Of a DNA stretch of 64,000 nucleotides, positions 55,819 through 64,000 are shown one piece after another. The DNA comes from Prasinococcaceae sp. CCMP 1430. Taxonomy: Eukaryota; Plantae; Prasinodermophyta. The notes under the pieces were generated by a model that saw nothing but the letters and a program-made list of their open reading frames with translations, was not told the origin of the DNA and made no database searches. The position numbers and the translations under genes were made by a program. The stretch's first letter is position 1; every line of letters begins with the position of its first letter. The stretch spans positions 179,202 to 243,201 of the forward strand of contig RQSC01000523.1 in the NCBI GenBank assembly GCA_013416795.1, in the 5' to 3' direction.

Positions 55819-58800
55819 ATGTTCGGCGGTGGACCGCGTGGCGTGTTCGGTCAGGGCGAGGACGATGGAGTGTGGGTAGACCTAGGCCTGTCCCCGCAGA
55901 AGGCGGCGGCAGCCGCGTCGTTCGAGGCGTCGCTGGGCCGTGCAGCCAGGCGCTCGGCTGCGGCAGCCGCCGCGGCGGCCGTGCGTCCCTCCGACGGCGC
56001 CAAGCCCGGTGCTGCGCTGCGGCGGCGAGCGCCGCGCCCCGCGTGGTGCGACGACGCGCATGTGTTCGCCGCGGCCGCGGCCGTGCCAGCAAGGTGCCGC
56101 GATGGCGCGTACGACCCACCCCGCGAGCGCGAGGCGTACACGCTCTCGCCTGCACCACCGGACCCCCCGCCTCGCGAGTATGAGGCGGCGCGCGCGCGCG
56201 CGGCAAAGCTGCGTGCGGAGCTGGACGAGCTGCGTGCGAGCGCGGACTTGGCGCGCGGCACGGTGACGCGAGACATGGATGCCGCGCGGCGCGAGGCGGA
56301 GCGATCGCGCGCGGCGCGCGCGACGCTGAACGCGCATCGCCTCGCGGACGCGCGGGCGGACTTCTCCAACCCGCACGGGGCGCATGCGCGGCGCGAGCGC
56401 GAGCGCGAGCGCGAGCGCGAACGCACCAGGCTTGCGGCGATGGCCGCTCGCGACAGCAGAGAGGACGCGTACTTTCGAAGCGTCGTGGGTGATTGCGAGG
56501 GCGGGGGCGAGAGCGACAGCGAGAGTGCGCGCCCCCGTATTCCCCCCGAGACGCGCGCAGTGGTTGCGCAGGTGGTAGCGCCTGCCGGCGAGCACGGGGA
56601 GTGCGACTCGCTTTCAAGCGGTGGCAGCGACGCGGCCGGCTGGCAGGAGGGCCGATGGCGCGCGCGACACGGCCAGGCATACGGCGCGGACAGCCCTGGG
56701 TGCTCGCGCGAGCAGCTGCTCGGCGGCAGCCCTCCGCCAGAGGATGCACGCGAGGCGATGGGCGAACCCGCGCGCGGGTGGGGGGCGCCGGTTCCCGCGG
56801 CCAATCCGAAGAAGGGCCGCAAGAATGGCGCCAAGCGGAGGGCGAAGCCCAAAGCGACAAAGCGTGCAGTGGGCGTGGCGGCGATGTACGACTACTTCCC
56901 GCGTGAGCGCGACTTCGGTCCGCGCGGCACGGGCACAGGAGGCACCTTCGACGGCGCGCGCACAGCGCAGGAGCGGCACGAGCGGGAGAGGTACAATGGG
57001 GCGCGCCGGCAGGACTCGCCTGTGGCGCAGCCGGCCGCGGCACGCACACGGAAGCCTGCGCGAGCGTCGGGAGCGCGCACGCCGCCCAAACGAAAGGGCC
57101 CGAATAGGGGCGGTAGCGAGGGTGGCTCTGCCTCAGAGGGTCACATGCGCTCGCGCGCGTCGCGCAGCCGGCTGTGCGCGCTGCCAGCCGAAGCTCGCGG
57201 GCGCGTGCGGAGGCGCCGCGGATCTGCGGGCAGCGCGAAGGTCGGTGCGCCGCCGGTGCCGCCGGCCGACGTTGCTTTTGAGCGCGTGCACTCCGCAGGG
57301 GACAAGAAGAAGGTGGACGCCGCATATCTGAGCGCGCTATACGCGCGAGCGGACGAGATGGCGGTGAAGGCGGCCCAAGCAGCTAAAGAGGCAGCCGAAG
57401 CCGCGGCTGAGCTGCATGCGTTGGAGTTGGCAGGCAATCGCTCCGCTTGTGCAGATGCATCTGAGAAGGCGGCGGCACAGCAGGATGTGCCAGACGGCGA
57501 TGTCATGGTTTCGTCACCGGAGGCTTCCCAGGATGGCGGCAGCTCGGGCGAGGCCACGAACGTGGAGGTGCATGTGTGCGCTGACGATGGTGACACGACT
57601 GACACGCCCGGCGCGAAGGTCGCGCTCGGCCCTGGGAAGGGTCGCTTGCTGTTGGTCAAAGAGGCGAGCATCCTGGGCACGCGCGCCAAGCCCCACCTCA
57701 GGCTGCACGGCGAGCCCGGATGCGACGTGGGTAGCACGGGTGGCGAGTCTCGCCCGAAGTCTTCAGCTCTGAGCGCCAAACTCACGAGCGGTGTCAACAC
57801 GCGCTCGTGCCCTTCTCTGCGTGCGCTCGCGGGGCGAGCGTACGCGTCGTGCCTCCACAATGCGGCGTCGCTGGACGCGCTGCACCCCGAATCAGTTGCC
57901 GCGATGCTGTCTGAGGTAGCCATCGACTGCCGTGTTCTTTTCCTGGCTCTCGAGGCGGGCCTCGAGGAGCTAGTGGTGGATGACTTGTTACAGCTGATTG
58001 AGGTCATGCCGCGTATGTGGGCGGTGGAGCGTCATGGCGAGCACACCAGCGAGAACGAGTCCGGGGAGGCGGAGGAGAGCTGGGGCGAATGCGGTGATCT
58101 TGCGCGGCGCGGTAGGCATTCGCGACGGCAACGGCGACTGGAGATAGAGGTTCCGGACTACTTCGCAGAGGAATCGCCGGCGGGGCCCGTGCTCGCCGTC
58201 ACGTCATGGCTGCAATGCATCGCCGATGCGCCGGCCCTTCGTCGGCTGTGCCTCCGTAGCCGTGAGGAGGACCATCGCTGCGCGCCGCTACTCAACTTCA
58301 TTCTGGCGCACTGTGCCGCCGCGCCAACGTGCGTGGATGATGCCGAGGCCGACGCCGCATCGCGCAGTGGGGTGTGGCTCACGCGAAGTGGGATCAAGCG
58401 CCTCGAGGTAGAGCACTTCGACACTGTCACACCGAAGGTCCTTGAGCCAGTGCTGTGGCTCAGCACGCTCAGGGAGCTCCGCCTGAGCCACCTCCCAGCA
58501 CTTGATGATGCCTTTGTGCGGTCCATCTGCCACCGAATGCCGCAGCTACGCGTGTTTGACCTCGACTTTCTTGCCATTACGGACTGTGCTTTCAGGGACA
58601 ATGCCCTTGCTCGCATGAGCAGCCTGGACGAGCTGAGTGTGCGCGCTTGCCCCTACGTCACTCTTCGTGAGCCCACGTTCAGATGGAAGTGCCTGAGCAG
58701 GCTCAAGACGCTTCGGCTCGACCCGCCCGGAGGCGATGCCAAGTTCACAGTCTCGCTGAACGAGGTGGCCAACGTCAACAAGTTCACCCGCCTGCGTGTG

Positions 58801-59526
58801 TTGGAACTAGGCTGCAACGTGTCCAGGGCCGCGAGTGGCGTCGAACGGCTGGATCTGCGCGTGTACGACCTCAGCTCGCTGCGCGTACTCGGGTTGTACC
58901 TGCCTGCTTCCCAGATCATTTGGCCAGATATTGCATCGTGGAATCCGAAGGTGCGACCGTCGTGCGCTCGATGGCCGCGCGCGCGACCGTCACGCGCTGT
59001 GCCTCGCGTGCTGACGCAGCGGGGCCTACAACACGTGCTCCCCCGCGTTCCCTCGAACAGCTGCGCTCATTGCGCCTACTGGAGATCGGTAGCGTGCTCA
59101 CGCAGAGGCGTCTGCATGCGCACCCCTCGCTGGAGGAGCTTCGCGTGGAGGACGCCAAGTCCATGTCACACGAGGACGTGCAGGTGAGTGCGCGAGTGCA
59201 TGGTGGCGCGAATGACACGCCAGCCTGTGCGAGCATGCAGCTGACATCCCCCGCGCGCTCTTTGACTTCTGCTCCGCTCTCTCGCACGGGCGGCCGCGCG
59301 CATGCACGCACGCGCGCAGACGCTTCCGACGGCGGCCCCCTTATTGGCTGACGTCATTTTAAAAGGCATACACCCGAAACTGGCGGTGTTCGTCGCACGC
59401 ACCTTGAAGGAAATGGGCAATTGTGCAGACTCGGTAGAGATCGACGACATGTCAGTGAGGGCGTACAGACGTCTGGAGATGCACAGGTACAAAGCAAACC
59501 TCAAACAGAGGCGCTTTCGAGCCTGA
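55819..59526 (+). CDS. Leucine-rich-repeat (RNI/FBXL-like) protein with long low-complexity N-terminus
   Basis: LRELRLSHL, LRVFDLDF, LDELSVRAC, LKTLRLD and LRVLEL repeats. Phase-0 introns 58951..59060 and 59184..59319. Confidence 0.82.
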
Positions 59527-59535
59527 GCCTCGCCC

Positions 59536-59540
59536 TGTAA
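59536..59540 (+). terminator. Candidate TGTAA polyadenylation signal
   Basis: 10 nt after the LRR gene stop, in a 106-nt convergent spacer. Confidence 0.4.
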
Positions 59541-59632
59541 GTACAATGACCGTGTATCGTGGCCCTGTTGCATTGGGACGCAGCGTGGAACGTCGCCGTT
59601 GAAATGTCCGTGCGATTCGTGCGATCGTTGTC

Positions 59633-62600
59633 TTATTTGGTGAGGATAGAGCTTAGCGCCTCCAGCGCGGACAACAGGCTGCTTATGTCTGTGTAGCGCT
59701 CGCCACTCAAGTCGTGCGCGTCAACTATCATAGCCAATTCTGAGACGTCGCTGCCAGGTGCGAGCAGACCAAGGCCGTAGCGAAACTGTTCACTGGTGAG
59801 TTTCCCATCGCCCACCACGTCGAGCACCCCCAACGTACGGCGGGCGCTGTTGACGTCGTGCGTCACACGCTCTATCCGCTGCTGCAGCGCACGTGTGTGC
59901 AAGAGCATGCGCAGACGCGTGAGGCGCTCGGCCACACCGCTTCCACCAACCGACTGCGGCGCGGAGGCTTCGCTGTCCATGGACTGGGTCAGCAAGTTGC
60001 GCGTAGACGACTCGCTGGCCAACGCCTTCTTCTGGAACGGTGACGCCGCAGGCGTCGGCTCGGCCGATCCCGCCTGTGTCCTCGGAGAGCCCAGCTGTAC
60101 ACTAGCATGCGTGGTGCCGTCCAGCACGTGTTGCGCATGCATTTCGTCGCCCTCCTCCGGCTGGCCTCCTTCGGCAATCGATGCTCGGCTGTCTTCGCCT
60201 GGCAAGCGCGCTGACACGAGGCGGTCGATGACGTCGTTGTATTGGATATATCCGGCTCGCGCGCCCTCGAGAGTGGATGCGAGCGCGCGAACCTGTCGAG
60301 TGCTGAGCTTCACACGCAGGCCAGTGACGACCTTCACAAAGCTGGCGTGACTGACGAAGCCCGAGCCGTCCACATCGTACCGACGGAAGACGTCGCGCAG
60401 CTGCCATGTTCCTCCAATTTCGTCGGTCCTTTCCGATAAAACACGCAGCAGCCGTGCCGCCTCCGCTGTGCGCTTCGAGCGCTTGGCGCTCTGGACGCGC
60501 TGTTTCTTGCGCAATGCCGCTAGCGAAGCGCGATTCGCAGGGTCGACAGCCGTTGCCGAAGTGTGCACATCGCTCTTCGACCCACCGCGCGCTTGCGCGT
60601 CGTCAGCGAGGTTTAGGCGCGGAGCGTTCGATGCAGGCGGTGAGCGGCTGGAATACGCCGGCACGTTGAGCTTGCCGGCGAACTCGTGGTAGTCGATGTC
60701 GCCACTCCCGTCTGCGTCGAAGGTGTCGGCGAGTTGACGGGCCTCGGAGAAGCTCAGACCCAGGCCAAGGCTCACCACGCCCTTGATGAACTCGCCACGA
60801 GAAAGCTTTCCGTCGCCATCCTCGTCGAAGGCAGCGAAGGCTTGGGCAATGGAGTCGCCAAGCCCGGCCTGAAAAGGGCCCCGAAAATCGACGCTCGAGG
60901 GGTCAGCACAACGATCCGCCCATGCAGGCGCATGCGCGAGCGAGATGCACGAGCGCCTCGGCGTCCGCGCGCGCTCCCCAGCCAGCACCCGGCGCGCACG
61001 CACTTTGAGGACGGCCTTCTTCAATTTGCTCACAAGGTCCACGATGCTGTGCCCTTCGCTACCCGGCAGTTGGCACACCTTCGACACCCATTCGCCATAC
61101 TCGATTTCGCCGTCTCCGTCATTGTCGAAGTGCCGGTACACGCCCTTCATCTGCGCCATGCTCAGATTCAGCCCAAGGCTGCGCAGCCCTTGGACGAATT
61201 GGTCCCAGGACACGCCTCCGTCGCCATCGACGTCGAATTTGCGAAGAACCGCCACCGCGGCCTCGGCACCGCCGTGTGCGCCGACTGCCGCGCCGAGTTT
61301 GGTCAGTGCGCTGCTTACATCGCCCTCCGCGGGTGGTGGCATGTGCTGTCCCGCAACGTCGGCGCCTTCCTCCACTGAGTAAGGATGCGCGCCATTTCCA
61401 ATATGGGCGCTCAATGGCCGTCCCTTTCGCGCTGCGGCCGCGGGTGAGCTTGAGTACCGCCGATTGCTTCCGCGTGCGACCGGCGCCGCCGATGCCGGCC
61501 GAGCGCGATGGCCTGTGGGGGCACGTGCTTCGGCGAACTGTTGGGAACGCCGCTCCTCAGCTGCGCGTTCTTCGGGATCGCGGGCTGCAAAGGGTTCGTG
61601 CGGCCCCTCCCAGGATTTGGGCCTGAAAAGCTCGCGGCGACCACGTCGGTAGGGCTGACGCGGTATCACCTTGTCGCTGCCCACCCAGGCCTCGTGCACT
61701 TGCCATTCATCCTGCACATGGCGCACGCAAGAGTCAGGCGCCATTTCACTACGCAGACGGACCCGCGCGCGCGCGCAAGCGTGCGCGGGCGCATGTGACA
61801 TCGCAGCAACGCCACGCAGGGTCTGAAGCAATTGGCGCACCAGCCGCGCAGACGCACCCTTTCATCCGCAACTTCGGGGGAGCGCATCACCGCCGCCACG
61901 CCCATACTCGAATTCTTCTCAGCCAGCGAGCGCCGTTGCGGCCAGCTGCTGCGACCCGGCTTTTCGCGGCTGTGCGGTGCCACTGCTGCGGTCCCCGCGA
62001 GCGCACTTGCGCCGTCGCCCGAGGACGGTTCCAGCCCCTCCATCATGTCGGCAAAGCCATTGCCAGTGCTGAAACGGAGCCTGCTGCCCGCGCTCGAACG
62101 CATGGGATCGTCCTTGCCACCCAAGCCAGTGGGTTTGTCCTCCGCTTTTGCGTGAGCATGACGAGCAGGCGCGGTGGAGGCAGGCGCCGCTGTTATTCCG
62201 GGTCGATGCTCCTGCTGCTCTGTGGGCGGCTCCTCGTTGGCACGCTTGTGCCCATGTGCCCTCTGCGCCTCGCGTCGAGCGTGCAACATGTTTCCTTGCT
62301 GCACCTTCACCTCCTCGAGCTGCTGTTGCAGCAAGGCGATCTTTTGCGCCTGCACGTCCGCTACCATTGAAGTCCGATCTCCGACCAGTTTGGCAGATTC
62401 TGGCCGCGGCTGCGATTGCGACGGATGCGATTCCGGGGCAGCGCCAGAGTCCGCCGCGCGCGCAGGATGAAGGTCCTTCGTCCATCGTCCGTGTCCCTCG
62501 AGAATCCAGCGCGAGCTTGCCTCCAGGTTCGCGCCGAGGAGGCCATGCGCTTCAGTGCTCGCGCGTTCGCGTGCCTGCTTGTCGGCGAGCGCCATGAGCG

Positions 62601-63342
62601 TCGCCTCAGCGGCTGCCGCGGCGAACATATAGTCGGCGTGAATGTAGGCGAGGGCAGCCTCGCGCTGCATGTGGCGTTCCGTGCGCGGCGTGGTTGCCTC
62701 CGCATGCACCTCAGCCGTCGCCTCCGGCCCAGCCTGTTCTGTGGCTTTGGTTGGCGTTTGAGTCATCGCCGATACCTTGGGCAGCGCCGGAACGCCGCGC
62801 GGCGTGCGTGCCGAATCGCGCCGTGGCGTCATGCCGGTCTGCGCGTCTGCGCACTGTGCAACTGGCCGGCCAGACCAGTCGCCCTCTGCAGGCAGCTCGA
62901 AGAGGGGGGCGCGCCCGGGCCGCTTCGGCGTTGGCGCACAGCTGCCCGTGAGGGAGCGGCCCGCCACGTCGGTCGCACGCATGTGATAGACGATGGCGCT
63001 AACGGCGTCCTCGGACGGCATCCGCAGCCGCAGTGCCCGCCTCCCGCCATTCGCGTCCTCCAGCTGCACATCAAAGCAGTCGGACGGTCCGGGCACCACG
63101 TGGCGCGATGCGTCGCAGTATCGGACTACTCCCTCGCGCGGGAACGCTCCGAGGAGCTCGCCGGCGGCCGGCGCTTGCGCGCCTTCGCCTTCGCCCTTGT
63201 CCTCGCCTTCGCCACCGCCCGCACCCCCGCCCGCCGCGCGCAAGCGCAGCTCCTTCGAGTCCACCTCGACGCGCACGGGCAGGTACCTGGAGGCGGCCCC
63301 GGCGTCGCCGCTGCTCACCACCTCCGCGCTGAACACCACCAT
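59633..63342 (-). CDS. Multi-EF-hand Ca2+-binding protein with PH-like N-terminal region
   Basis: EF loops DVDGDGGVSWDQF, DNDGDGEIEYGEW, DEDGDGKLSRGEF, DADGSGDIDYHEF and DVDGSGFVSHASF. Phase-0 introns 61857..61712 and 61003..60869. Confidence 0.85.
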
Positions 63343-64000
63343 CGCGCTCCCTCGCTGGCGCCCCGGGCAGCAGGGCGCAAGCGCGCGCGCGCCGCGCGCC
63401 GTGTGGCGCCCCCCCGCCCCTCCCACCCCCACCCACCCGCCTTCCCCCGCCTTCCCTGCTGCCCTCCCGCGCGCGCCCGGCGCTGCCGTAAATTCATGCC
63501 ACCTGCGCACAAAGACGAACGCGCGCGCACCTCCCGCAAAAAAAAAAAAAGCCAATGGCATTTGAACTCACGTCGTGGGAAAAATGAAAATGCGCGAGCA
63601 GACAGGTGGAAGGCACCTTGTCCGCGCCATCCTTTAAAAAAAAAAAAAAAAAAAAAAACGGCTCTTTCCGAATGGCCACGGCTTCGCCCGCCGCACTGAA
63701 AATGTTCGTATACAAACGTCACAAGATTCCACGGGAGAGCAATCCATCGCATTCATGTACAGCTCCGGGCAATGCGAACCGGCATACTAACCCGGTCTGA
63801 GGGCTAGGGTTGGCGCGATGATCGGGGTATTTTAGCATGGTATCCCCGGTCAGACCATCCGTGGGCCCGGGGCGGTGGGCGCCACAGCGCGCGCGGCGGG
63901 CGGGCGGGCGCAGCCTCGGCGCGCTGTGCGGGGGCTGACTGCTGTGCGTGTGTAGGCAGGGGTGGGAGGGGTGGGGATGGGGGCGACACGGGGCGTGGCG

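Noticed and set aside
63530-63660. Poly-A runs upstream of the EF-hand gene as retro-insertion tails
   Set aside because: Similar A/T runs occur in other promoter regions (33300, 36380, 43320), and there is no adjacent retrocopy.
1-64000. Numerous long antisense or alternate-frame ORFs (e.g. 464..1618 -, 1669..3396 +, 21530..22885 +, 43818..45323 -, 48275..50086 -, 53160..55118 +)
   Set aside because: These are shadows of GC3-rich genes. They are Arg/Ala/Gly-rich, lack motifs, and stop codons are scarce at this GC content.
1-64000. tRNA, rRNA or snRNA genes
   Set aside because: No cloverleaf, A/B-box or rRNA/snRNA signature recognised by eye. A covariance-model scan would be needed to exclude them fully.

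Overview
Eukaryotic nuclear DNA, very GC-rich (roughly 70% by eye) and gene-dense, with GT-AG introns, TGTAA 3' signals and plastid-type genes (PsbP-like protein, transit-peptide-bearing transaldolase, 6-phosphogluconolactonase). This points to a green alga; a prasinophyte-grade lineage is my inference and is not established. About 27 protein-coding genes or gene fragments are supported, mostly in tight head-to-head or tail-to-tail pairs: transaldolase, two paralogous somatomedin-B + NHL-propeller proteins, an M20 peptidase, PsbP-like, OPA3, a long coiled-coil protein, CCDC24-like, 6PGL, CCR4/Angel-type EEP, phosphate acetyltransferase, DOMON membrane protein, HEATR5, MaoC dehydratase, class-IV aminotransferase-like, PRA1, CEP20/FOR20, ZNHIT2-like, NEK kinase, kinesin-8, CRAL-TRIO, DNA ligase I, LRR and EF-hand proteins. 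I see no rRNA, tRNA, CRISPR array or recognisable transposon. The most interesting signals are: (i) introns polarised with (TG)n at the 5' end and complementary (CA)n at the 3' end, a possible RNA-bridge splicing mechanism; (ii) a chimeric, in-frame LIG1/antisense-SMB/CRAL-TRIO segment at about 50.9-51.7 kb; (iii) the SMB-NHL paralog pair, one with a repeat-induced frameshift; (iv) a GC-rich mitochondrial-type atp1 fragment; (v) antisense Pta/DOMON overlap; (vi) a possible 6PGL-CCDC24 splice fusion. The assembly has six N gaps and several frame breaks at homopolymers or (CG)n tracts, so the chimeras and frameshifts may be artefacts and need read-level checks. All family assignments come from motif recognition, not database searches.
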